Shown piece after piece: positions 43,280 to 53,112 of a stretch of 64,000 nucleotides of DNA (positions within the stretch are counted from its first letter, which is position 1; each line of letters begins with the position of its first letter). Source of the DNA: Diplonema japonicum (taxonomy: Eukaryota > Protista > Euglenozoa: Diplonemea); assembly GCA_964019335.1 (NCBI GenBank), contig OZ025725.1, positions 372,001-436,000 of the forward strand, in the 5' to 3' direction. The notes below the pieces were generated by a model. The model had not been told where the DNA came from. It saw only the letters and a program-made list of their open reading frames with translations, and searched no databases. The translations under genes and the position numbers were made by a program.

Positions 43280-44689
43280 ATGAATGAAGCAGCTCCTCTT
43301 ATTTCGAGAGTGCAAGAGGTAGAAGTCCTCAAGATCATCGCAAGATACTTAGATGTCCTTGACAAATGGCGGCTAGGCCTTGTATGCCGGGCATTCAGAG
43401 AGGTAAGCAGGCAGGACCCTTATGAGCGCGTCGTGTTGAAAGAAGAACGGGAATGTGCAGAACGAAGATCAACAGCACAGATGATTCAGGTTCTACTAAG
43501 CGTGCTTCGCGTAGGCGGCTGCAGGGTCCTCAATGTGGACGGGTTGAAAAGCAAGACAATGCCCCACCACGCGATGAGCAAGCATCTCTTGGACACCGTG
43601 TGGCACCACTCATCCGAAACTCTTGAATCCTTGTCCTTGCGGTTCTTCCCCACTCTTCTGCAACCGTCGGAACCCTTGAAACTCATAAACCTTAAAACCC
43701 TGAACCTCCGAGGGTGTAAGGATGCCCCTGTCTCCTTTATCCTGCAGCATTGCACGGCACTGACCGAGCTTGACCTCAGGGGGTGCCCTGAGATGGGGAC
43801 CATTGACGGCCTGATGGCCTACGTGCCTAGTGGTCTGCGGCGGCTCTCCATCGGATGGGACAGCGAGTTCCAAGAGTCGCCTGATGCCATCAACGACTTC
43901 TACAACTCGCCGAAAGTGGTTGAGATGCTGAAGAAGCTAGCTGTGGAATGCAGTTCGTTAAGCAGCTTAGAAGTGCCGGGCTTCGCGTGCGTACAAGGCG
44001 ACACAATGCAAGACATGAGGTCCTTGACGTCTCTGGACGTGTGCAACTGCAGCCTGGTAAGCGACTCCTTAGCCACGGTGCTGAGGGACAACTCGTTCCA
44101 GCATCTGAACCTCCGTGTGACGGGTATTACTGACAGCATTATGCAATCCATCGCATTGCACTGCAAGGGGCTCAAATCGCTGAACGTGTCGTGCACAATG
44201 ATCTCCGACGTGGGGTTGGCTGCTGTCGCTGAAGGGTGTCCTGTGCTGCAGTCCATCGACCTGTGCTACCCAGAGGGACACGTTACAGAAAAGGGGATAC
44301 TGACTGTGTGTAGGACATATGGTAAGGACTTGCGGATGTTGGGGATAGCAGGGTTGCAGGGTGTCGTGACTGACGAGTTGCTCGCAGAAGCAGTCGCCCT
44401 GTGCCCAAGCATGCGCTGCCTAGCTATCGGGGGGAACCACATGCTAACGGCGGAGATCTGGGGGATGCTTAGGCAGCTTAAGTGCCTTAAGCGTGTTGTT
44501 GCCCATGGGCTGGAGTTCATTAACTACGAGGAGGTGCTGCGACTTGCCGAGTGCACGAACCTCCAGCAGTTGGATTTGTACAATGTACTGCCCAACCCCA
44601 CGCTCACATTGAGCCAGCTGAACATCCTCCGGCAGCGGTTTCCTTTTGACTGGCGGAATGTGGAAGCTGTTCATAATTGTTTCTGTTAG
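43280..44689 (+). CDS. F-box/LRR (FBXL-like) protein
   Basis: EVLKIIARYLD..LGLVCRAFR F-box. Cys-containing LRRs such as LKSLNVSCTMISDVGL. Confidence 0.9.
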   Translation: MNEAAPLISRVQEVEVLKIIARYLDVLDKWRLGLVCRAFREVSRQDPYERVVLKEERECAERRSTAQMIQVLLSVLRVGGCRVLNVDGLKSKTMPHHAMSKHLLDTVWHHSSETLESLSLRFFPTLLQPSEPLKLINLKTLNLRGCKDAPVSFILQHCTALTELDLRGCPEMGTIDGLMAYVPSGLRRLSIGWDSEFQESPDAINDFYNSPKVVEMLKKLAVECSSLSSLEVPGFACVQGDTMQDMRSLTSLDVCNCSLVSDSLATVLRDNSFQHLNLRVTGITDSIMQSIALHCKGLKSLNVSCTMISDVGLAAVAEGCPVLQSIDLCYPEGHVTEKGILTVCRTYGKDLRMLGIAGLQGVVTDELLAEAVALCPSMRCLAIGGNHMLTAEIWGMLRQLKCLKRVVAHGLEFINYEEVLRLAECTNLQQLDLYNVLPNPTLTLSQLNILRQRFPFDWRNVEAVHNCFC

Positions 44690-44822
44690 AGACACAAGCA
44701 CGACGGTGCTGCTAAAACGCAAATTTCCCTTTTTTTTTTTTTTGAAGGGGTAGGGGAGGAAAAAAAAAAAAGAGGGTGGGAAAAAAGAAAGAACGGGAAA
44801 GAAGAAAAAAAAAGCAACCTGG

Positions 44823-44875
<53 letters not shown>

Positions 44876-45270
44876 CTTGCTGGAACAAGTATACAAAACT
44901 TTGAAGAATTGTTTTATTGCAAAGAAAAAAAAGAGAGGAGGCAGCTTTTGTCGGTTCGCCTCTCCCCCCCCCCCCCCCCCCCCCTTCCTTTTTTATTTCT
45001 TTTGTGGCTGGCGGAACCATAAAGGATCCTTGTTCGCGATAAGAAATAAGAAAATGGAGGGGGAATTGTTTATATAAAAGCCCCCTTTGCCCCCCTCCCA
45101 CCTGCTATACACATTTCTTTCCCTTTTTTTTTTTTTCTCTTTTTTTTTTTTTCCGCTTATTCCCGCATTCAACCCTCTCGCAAACAACGGGGAAAGAAAA
45201 AAAGGAAGAAAAAAAAAAGAGAAAAAAAAAAAAAAAAAGAAGAGAAAAACACCGTTCACGGTAAGCAAAT

Positions 45271-45530
45271 AACTTTTTTTCCACCAAGTACGGTAATCAT
45301 AACTTTTTTTTCCACCAAAACGGTTTTTTTTAATAAAGTTTCCACTGTCCACGGTAACCTAATCTTATTTCCACTAAACCATGTATGTTGGATGTTTTCC
45401 CACCATCCACGGTAACCCACAACTTTTTTTCCACCAAGTACGGTAACCTAGAACTTTTTTTCCCACCAAGTATGGAAACCCAAAACTTTTTTCCCACCAT
45501 CCACGGTAACCCAGAACTTTTTTTTCCACT
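45271..45530. repeat. Subterminal tandem repeats of the MULE, ~30-bp unit AACTTTTTTTCCACCAAGTACGGTAAC; inverted copies at ~46795-46935
   Basis: About eight degenerate copies visible directly. Confidence 0.85.
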
Positions 45531-45637
45531 CTCCCATGAAACCTTTCTATTGTTCCCATTTTTAGTTTTTCGAAAAATTTTGGATCTTTTTTTTTGTATT
45601 TTCGAGTATTTGCAACCTTTTTTTTTCTCGTTTCAAG

Positions 45638-46669
45638 ATGGGCAAAGTAAGAAAACCTGCAGAAACGAAAAAGTCCTCAAGAAGGAGCCCGTGTGCACCT
45701 TGGGAGAAACGTGCAGGCCCAACCGGGATTCAGAACCAATGGGAAGAACCTTTTCTGGAAAGCTATTTCGCAAGATAACTTCAAGAAAGCCAGAGACGAG
45801 GTATTTTAACTTTTGCCCATTTGAAACAAAAGAAAGGTTGAGACTCACTCAAATGGGCAAAGCCGTGCTCAAGCACTTATCGGCTGAGCCCTTAGCACTG
45901 GGTGTTATCACATGTTCCAGTCTGCACCTTCGGGGACTGTTCGACGAATTTTGTCGAGAGCCACAACAAGATATCAAATTTCGTACCTTACTTTCCCAGG
46001 TTCTGCGTGAGGCACGTGGCCTAAACATCCTTTCTTGTAGAGTGGACCCGCCTCAGGGATGCTAAAATGATCACCTCCACGCGAGATCGAATACCCGACT
46101 CTGCCACTGGGCTTTGCCCCCAAATTGCCAAGAAGGTAGGGAAGGCGTACGACCGCTCCAAGTTGTGGTGCGCCCACGACGTCAGCGACCTGGAAGAGGC
46201 TGTTTTTGACGTAAGGGAAATTAATTCCACCGGGCGGGCCACAGTTAAGTACACAGAATGGGCACATGGGAGAATTGGGTGCACTTGCTGTGAGCTGCAG
46301 GTGTTGGGTATACCTTGTGTCCACATCTGCGCTGTGGCCCGAAAGGTTTCAAAAGACACGTCAGGCTTAGTCGCAGAGTACCTCAAGGTCTCTGCATGGC
46401 GTCTGATGTACTTCTCCACCTCTCGCCCCCCTTCTGCCTGTGAAATCGTGAAGGATGGCCTCAGGCCACCAATCGTGACAAAGTCACAAATAGGCAGGCC
46501 GGCGAAGAGGAAGCGGAGTGAGGGGGAGGAGAAGAATATGTGCAGCAACTGCAGAAAGATTGGGCACAATGCTGCAACCTGCAGGAACCCCCATTTCTCA
46601 ACTGGTGGGGTTCAGTCCCAGTCACTCTTCGAAGTTCTTTCCCAGTTGAAGATCCGGCCTTCAGGGTAG
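45638..46669 (+). pseudogene. MULE transposase relic (last catalytic-Glu block, SWIM finger, zinc knuckle)
   Basis: HW..FGDCSTNFVESHNK / VLREARGLNI, CTCCELQVLGIPCVH, GRPAKRKR, CSNCRKIGHNAATC. Frameshifted, and most of the DDE core is deleted. Confidence 0.85.
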
Positions 46670-47560
46670 TCCCCCCCCTTCCCCTCCCCTCCCGCCTGGG
46701 GTCTTTTTCCTTTAATTTTGCCATGCCATCATTATTTTTGCACCTCATACTACATTTTATGATAAACCCTAATCAGGCATAAAAATGATACAGGTTACCG
46801 TGTTTGGTGGAAAAAAAGTTTGTAGTTGCATAAGGGAAAAACTTGATGATTACAGTAACGGTGGAAAAAAAGTTGTGGTTACCGTACTTGGTGGAAAAAA
46901 ATTTTTAGGTTTAAGGAAACGGTGGAAAAAAGTTATTTGCTTACCGTGAACGGTGTTTTTCCCAAAAAAGAAAGACAAAAATGACAAAACAAAGAATGGC
47001 TTTGAAAAACCGAAAAGGAAGAGGGGGAAAAAAAAAAGGAGGGGAAATAATAGCATCTGTCCCTCCGAGGTGATCCTGTCACATACTGCGGGTTCGCTTC
47101 AAAGAAGTCATTTTTTTTTTCTCTCCCCTTTTTTTTGGGTGGATTGCTGTGAACACTTCAAACAATATATAGGCACGAGCTGAAAGGTTTTTACACAAAT
47201 AGCGCCTGTCAGAATGGGTCACGATGGCCAAAGAATTGAATTTTTGATTTTCCCTTCGTGTTGTTCTTCTTTTTAAAAAAAAAAAAAAAAAAGAAATTAA
47301 AGAATTCTTCAAAAAGAAAATACAGCATCCAATGGTTAGAAATGATTGTACATTTCGTGCCCATAGGCTTTTTTTTTTCTCTTTTTTTCTTAATACTTGC
47401 TCAGTTGAGGCAAACTCCCCCTCTATGTGAAAATATAAACCCAAGGAATTACTTGGTACCTTTTCTTTTTTTTCTTTTCTTCAGTGAGCACCCCCCCTGC
47501 ACGCTGAAACTTTATCGGGAAAAAAAGATTTTTTTTTGTCTTTATTTGTTAAAAGGAGAA

Positions 47561-47655
47561 TGAACAATCCAGCCCTTAGGCAATTCTGCTTGTCTAGGTC
47601 AGGAAGAGCCGACATCGGGGGGGGAGCCAGTTAATACCTGTGACAATCTTTTCCA
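47561..47655 (-). pseudogene. Short LSU (28S) rRNA-derived fragment, domain V
   Basis: Minus strand of 47561-47617 reads CGATGTCGGCTCTTCCTGACCTAGACAAGCAGAATTGCCTAAGGGCTGGATTGTTCA, with both conserved eukaryotic LSU anchors. 47625-47655 is a degenerate match to the upstream ..CACAGGGATAACTGGCT block. Confidence 0.75.
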
Positions 47656-47996
47656 CGTACCCGTCATTCTACTTAAGAGTTTTTTGTCCTCTTATAAAAA
47701 CCTTTTCCCCCTCCCCCCATTCTTTTTGGAAACCGTTTTGGTTTCTTTACAGGGGGGGGGGGGGGGGGGGGGGTGTCATATATATTGTTCCTTGGTATAA
47801 AAAAAAAAGAAACAGAAAATAAACACGAACAGAAAAGAAATTATTTCACAACGCTATTGGGGGGGCTTTTTTTCAAAGTAGTTTCCCCCACCCCCCTTTT
47901 TTTTCAAAAAGACTATTATTTTTTTTTTGAAGCCGTCCCTTCTTTGTTTCACTTCAAGGCCTTATGTGTCCAGTTTCCTGTAAAAACAAAAGAGAA

Positions 47997-48032
<36 letters not shown>

Positions 48033-48120
48033 TAGTGGTATGTAGCACTTAACCCAAGATACGTCCTGTGCGCAAAACTAAGCACCGATTTTTTTTTTCC
48101 CCTTCTTTTCCTGTTGCATG

Positions 48121-48164
<44 letters not shown>

Positions 48165-48299
48165 TAAAATTTATTGTTTCGACTTTCTTTCACTGCCCGT
48201 GACCTATATGCGCCTATTACTGGCAGGCATTTGCCCAACTGCTGCTAACATTTTATATCCCTTTTCAAAATATTTTTTTTTTTCGTTCCATTTAAAGGT

Positions 48300-49291
48300 C
48301 TAATTATCTGGTATTGCAATTTGAAAATAGCTATTTATTTGCAACAAATTATGGCCATAATTTACTCGAGAATCGTGGGTTTTTTTGGCCGAGGGCCCAC
48401 AGGGTTCGAGAGTAAATGGGATGGCCATATTTTGGCGCAAAGTAAGTAATTTTATCTGATAGTTCAGAAATTGAGTCACTCCGAGTGACCGAGAAAGTGG
48501 CCAAAAACCCAAAACCAAATTATGGGCTATCAACTGTCAATAATAGCTATCAAATTATGAAAAAACGGCCTATTTTTAGCTGATTCAGGCGGAAGTACGG
48601 TGGCCCTACACATTTTTAGTCCCCAGGCAACCCTGTTGACCTGCGATATTGCACCTTTCCAGGTTATAGTTCTCCGTACAAACAAAGCACGGTACAGTAA
48701 GAAGCGGTTCAGCGGCTCAGACCCAGGGCACTCCATAGACATGAGCTCCTCGAGATCCCCGTTCGAAAGTAGATGACCCTTGTTCTTCAGCACGCTTGCA
48801 AAAAAGTTTGACACGGTCCCATTCCCCAACCTTCTGGTTGCACTTTTCCTTAAAAACTGCCCTTATCTGGGAGTACTTGGTTCAAAGAGAAGTAGGGGGC
48901 AGCGCCGTTTTTCTTCAGCTTCCTAAGATGAGCGACTTCAGTCGGTTCTTCGTCTTTCCCCACTAAAGGTCAGCCCATGTTTTCAGGTACTGTGCTTTGC
49001 TTATTTCGGGTAGAAGACTCTCTTCCTTCTTCGTTTTCGGCATTTGATGTTTTTTTTTTTTTTTTTTTTTTTTTGATGATCTTGAGCCCAAATGTGTTAA
49101 AAAGAGTTTCACTCTGCCCCCAATAATGTCACTTTCCCCCCTATAATTTGGCAGCCACGGGCCATAAACACCTAAGTCCTGCCCATAATTGAGCTATCAA
49201 ATTATAGCCCGGATTATCAAATTATGAGAGGGGGGTAATCAGATTATAGGGGGGGTTAGGAGTGAAGAAATTTCTGAACTATCAGATAAAA
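48300..49291 (-). mobile_element. Crypton-like (tyrosine-recombinase transposon) degenerate element
   Basis: Imperfect hairpin 48338-48441; perfect 23-bp inverted repeat 48450-48472 / 49269-49291. Broken minus-strand reading from ATG 49043: SLLPEISKAQYLKTWAD..PTE..APTSL*TKYSQIRAVF, recalling the N-terminal domain of Crypton recombinases. Confidence 0.55.
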
Positions 49292-49379
49292 AAAAAAAAA
49301 AAGAAGAAGGAAAAAAAAAAGAAGCTATTCAAAAGGTTTAACCATAACAAACCACATTACCCGTCTCACGCGGTAGAAG

Positions 49380-49416
<37 letters not shown>

Positions 49417-49684
49417 AAGAAAACAAGAAGTAAAAAAAAAAAAAAAGAAGAAGAAAAAAAAAAAAGATTCTGATGAAAAGGTGGTCCTCGCACCACCCCT
49501 ACTATTTCTTTTTCCTTTTTTTTTTGTTACGTTATTTTCGATAAAAGACACCCACCAAAAAAGAAAACATTCCCCCCCCCCCCCCCTACCCCAACCCCAT
49601 CCCCCCAAGTAACAGTAATCGCATAAAAAATACCTTTTTTTTCGCAAAGAAGGGAGCGGGGGGGGGGGGGGGGGGGAGGGGGGG

Positions 49685-50389
49685 ATGAAAACCAAAATCG
49701 AAGAAGCAGAAGGGGACATAGTACAATGGTGCACCGAAGGGGACGAACCGTCAAGCCCGATACCTTTTTCCAAAGGAGGGTCGTGGCTCCAAATACCAAT
49801 GCCACAGAAACACGTTGAGGCGATGGCTCTAGAGGCATACACGAAGAAACTAGCAATGCGCGAGGCGTGCGAGAGGGCCTACCTGACCTGCAAAGCCGCC
49901 TTTGAAATTGGAAAAAACATGGTACTGTGGAGGGACGCTGGAAAGCTTCTACGCAAAAAACTACCGCAACCTGCCTTCGACATGGCTTCTACAGGGCCTT
50001 CATGGTGGGCCGTGAAGAGGGAGGCGAGAGTGAAGCCAACCACGATAACTAGCGTCATCAAGCGACTTCGTCGGGAACGGATCAACACTTGCTGTGCACG
50101 GCCTGTTCAGAAGCAGCAGCAGCCACCGCGAGCATCTGTTTTTTGTAGTATTAAGCGGCTCACCTTTCCACACGAAACTGTCTCGAGGGAAGTGAGGCCG
50201 TGCCTGAAGGCTACGTCACGTCCTTCGTCTGCACCGGCGTGCCGTGCTGACAGGCATGGCCACTCTAAGTGGAATGCAAAGCGTAAGCGGTTGCACCTTA
50301 AGCTTCTCGATTACCCGCATCTTTCCCTTTCTTCGGTCCCTGGCTTGGCTTCTTGCGAGCTTACTTGCACGCCATGGGTTTATTCTTAA
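49685..50389 (+). CDS. Hypothetical protein (234 aa)
   Basis: Coding-like island between homopolymer tracts; no domain recognised. Confidence 0.55.
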   Translation: MKTKIEEAEGDIVQWCTEGDEPSSPIPFSKGGSWLQIPMPQKHVEAMALEAYTKKLAMREACERAYLTCKAAFEIGKNMVLWRDAGKLLRKKLPQPAFDMASTGPSWWAVKREARVKPTTITSVIKRLRRERINTCCARPVQKQQQPPRASVFCSIKRLTFPHETVSREVRPCLKATSRPSSAPACRADRHGHSKWNAKRKRLHLKLLDYPHLSLSSVPGLASCELTCTPWVYS

Positions 50390-50474
50390 GCCCCACTTTT
50401 TTCTTTTTTTTTTTTTCTTCTTTTTGCTAGCAAAAAAAAAAAAAAAAAAGAAGAAGAGGAAGAAGAAGAAGAAA

Positions 50475-51081
50475 ATATTTTGGTGGGCCCTAGAAGAGAC
50501 AATAGTTAACTGCCATGCACTTCAAATAAAATATGGTTCAGGAATGCCAAAGAGATACACCACCCTGGGTGCTTTTAAAGAGCGCTTTCGAGAGAGCCTA
50601 ATTGATGGGTCCAGTGTTGCAAAAACACCACTCCCGGCACCCAACTAGTGGTGCACACACCCCCGATACCCCAGATTACACCAAACGTGACCACCAGCCA
50701 CTCAAAGGGGGCACCTCCAGGGTCTGCAGGTTGAAAGGATGTACAAAACGCACAATCTACAAATGCTACACCTGTAACCACCACCTCTGTCCAAATAAGT
50801 GCTTTTTTTGGACCACTCTTCCATCACCCCAAAAGGCCTCTTGACGATTTCGAGGCCGATATTCCACCCGCAAATAGGCACTTCTCTCGGTCTGAGACAT
50901 CTGAGGGGTCCTGATGCTGCCTTTTTTGTCCCAGGATGCTCAATTTACACCCCCCCGTGCACAACCCATTTTGACATAGTCGTTTTTGAGCACCCTACGG
51001 CCATTCAACTCTTCATCTCCTTTGTATTTTTATTAATTTTTGAACTTTTTTTTTAATTTTCCTGCTGCAAACGGGGGTTAA
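50475..51081 (+). mobile_element. piggyBac 3' remnant (transposase C-terminus, Cys-rich domain, right end)
   Basis: IFWWALEETIVNCH..FKERFRESLI, then (frameshifted) DHQP..RVCRLKGCTKRTIYKCYTCNHHLCPNKCF. Ends GGGGG-TTAA at 51073-51081. No left end found. Confidence 0.75.
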
Positions 51082-51216
51082 ATGCTGCCATTTTCCCCCT
51101 CAAATTATGAAAAGGAGCAAAAAAGGGACCCCTATGTAGATAGGCCCCGGAGTGTTATGGGTTTAAAAAAAAAAAAAGAGGCGAGGGGTGCTGAGGAATT
51201 TTTTAAAATAATAAAA

Positions 51217-52808
51217 ATGAAGTCCGTTGCGAGGGGGCTCTTGAGAGCGGCGCCGAAGTACAGCAGGTCGTATTCAGTGCCATGGCCTAATGTATGCATT
51301 TTTTTTTTTTAAAACAGAATTTAAAGAGAGAAAAAAAAAAAAAAGAAACACAGCATGTGAACACCCCGCAAGACAACGAGAGAGTGCCGTGGGACTTCAC
51401 GGAGGACAGCTACGTGAAGGTGAAAAAGATATTAGGTAAGTTCCCGCCGCTAAACACGCAAAGCGGGATCATGCCGCTGCTGCACTTGGCACAATGGCAG
51501 AACGGTGGCTGGATCCCAGTATCTGCAATGAACAAGATCGCCCAAATCTGCGAAGTGCCGCCTGTGAGGGTGTACGAAACAGTGACCTTCTACGCCATGT
51601 TCAACAGGAGGCCTGTAGGGGACTACCACGTGCAGTTCTGCGTGACGACGCCCTGCATGATTGTGGGCTCTGATGAATTAATACAAGCAGGTCTGAAGCA
51701 CCTGGGGCTGGAGAGGTTCAACCAAACAACCCCTGATGGCAAGATCACCCTCGGGGAGATGGAGTGCATGGGCTGCTGTGTGAACGCGCCCATGATCGTC
51801 GTAAGCGATTACAGGTATTTTTTTAAAAAATAACTATTTATTAAATGAAAATAAGATTGCATTATTTCACGCGTGGTGGCAGGGGGTTTAACGAGAGAGG
51901 ATCTTACTTCACGAGCGTAGCGAGTGTAGTAATAATTTTGAGTTAAACCCGCCACCACAAGTGAAGTAATGCATTTATTTTAATTTAATATGTTGTTTTA
52001 TTTAATAAGAGCCGGGTAAAGGATGGGAGGTTACAAGAAGAAATCAAAACTGAGAGGCAGCAAAAAAGGTTGGGGGGTATTACAAGCTACAAGGGGATTT
52101 CAAGTTACCAGTTCTCGTTAGTTCTAACATTAATGTTGATGTCGAGGCTTATCCTGTGCATCGCTACCGCTGGAACCATCTGAGGTTGCATGTATGGTGG
52201 ATGCGGGGGCCCACTGCAGAATCTTGATTCTGGGATGGGTTGAGCAGACTGACTAGCACCCCCGAGACGTGTAATCCTCCCCATCGCTTTAGGCTTTCTT
52301 CCCATAGTTTTCTGTGTTTCTAGGGAGTTTGGCTTAAAATAGGTGCAGGAGTGACATAATGTAACATTATATCACTCCTGTACATTATGTCACTCCTGGG
52401 CCTTATTTCTCTATAAGCTGGGAGTGAGTATATTGTTGAGCGTGATATAAAGTGAAATATTATTTTCACTCCCACCCTTGAAAACCCGGCTCGAATTAAA
52501 TAAAAGAAGAAAAAAAAAAAATTTTTTTTTTGTAGCAACCCGCCCGAATTCTACTACGACTACTATGAGGATCTCACCCCCGAGACCCTCTGCAATGTTC
52601 TCGATCACCTCCGTTCTGGAGAGCGTAGCAAGCTCCCCATCGGTTCGCAATGCGGCCGTCAGTTCTCCGCACCACTCGGCGGCAAGACTTCTCTGATCGA
52701 AACGCCTCCTGGTCCTTTCTGCAGGTGTGGTAAAAAAAAAAAAATGAAAATTTTCAAAAAAAAAAAAATTAAAGGGACCTTGATGCGCCGAAGGAAGAGG
52801 CTAAATGA
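51217..52808 (+). CDS. NDUFV2: NADH dehydrogenase (complex I) 24-kDa subunit; join(51217..51291,51354..51814,52536..52724,52775..52808)
   Basis: Transit-peptide-like exon 1; MPLLHLAQWQNGGWIP, VYETVTFYAMFNR, CVTTPC, MECMGCCVNAPM, YYEDLTPE, GKTSL..PPGPFCRDL. Confidence 0.95.
51835..52505 (-). mobile_element. Non-autonomous Crypton-like element inside NDUFV2 intron 2
   Basis: Long hairpin 51839-51990 with central CACGAGCGTAGCGAGTG; inverted repeat 51996-52029 / 52469-52505; CAGGAGTGACATAATGTA repeats at 52347-52398. Removing it leaves a normal ~50-nt intron. Confidence 0.7.
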
Positions 52809-53112
52809 ATAGGGACAGTGGGATAAACGAAAAAAAATAGGTAGGTGTGTGAGTGTGCTTATTTTTTTTTTTTTTTTTTTTACTACCACGATTTTTTTCT
52901 CTTTTTTAGTGTTTTTTTATATTCATTCCCCAGCCCCCCCCATTTCATTTTCTTTGTACGATTAGGTTTATTTTTTCTTGATTCTTCATGATGTTCCCTT
53001 TTTTCTTTCTTTTAACCTCTACCCCCCCATCCTTTACAAGTGTTTGCAGTGAACAACAAACCAAATAATGTGCCCCTCCGAACGCTGACAGCAGGGTCAA
53101 GACTAATGCAAG

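Larger units (their letters stand above)
45242..46963 (+). mobile_element. Mutator-like (MULE) deletion derivative with TIRs, subterminal repeats and 9-bp TSD
   Basis: TIR G(A/G)GAAAAACACCGTTCACGGTAAGCAAATAACTTTTTT(T)CCACC at both ends. Flanking 9-mer AAAAAAGAA at 45233-45241 and 46964-46972. Confidence 0.88.

Noticed and set aside
44700-45240. Poly-Phe/poly-Lys ORFs in intergenic DNA throughout the window
   Set aside because: Translations of poly-T/poly-A tracts whose lengths may also be sequencing artefacts.
45271-45530. Regularly spaced ~30-bp repeats resembling a CRISPR array
   Set aside because: No unique spacers, eukaryotic context, and mirrored at the other end of a MULE.
50380-50400. 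TTAAGCCCC as the left end of the piggyBac
   Set aside because: Not complementary to the right terminus and overlaps the stop codon of the upstream ORF.
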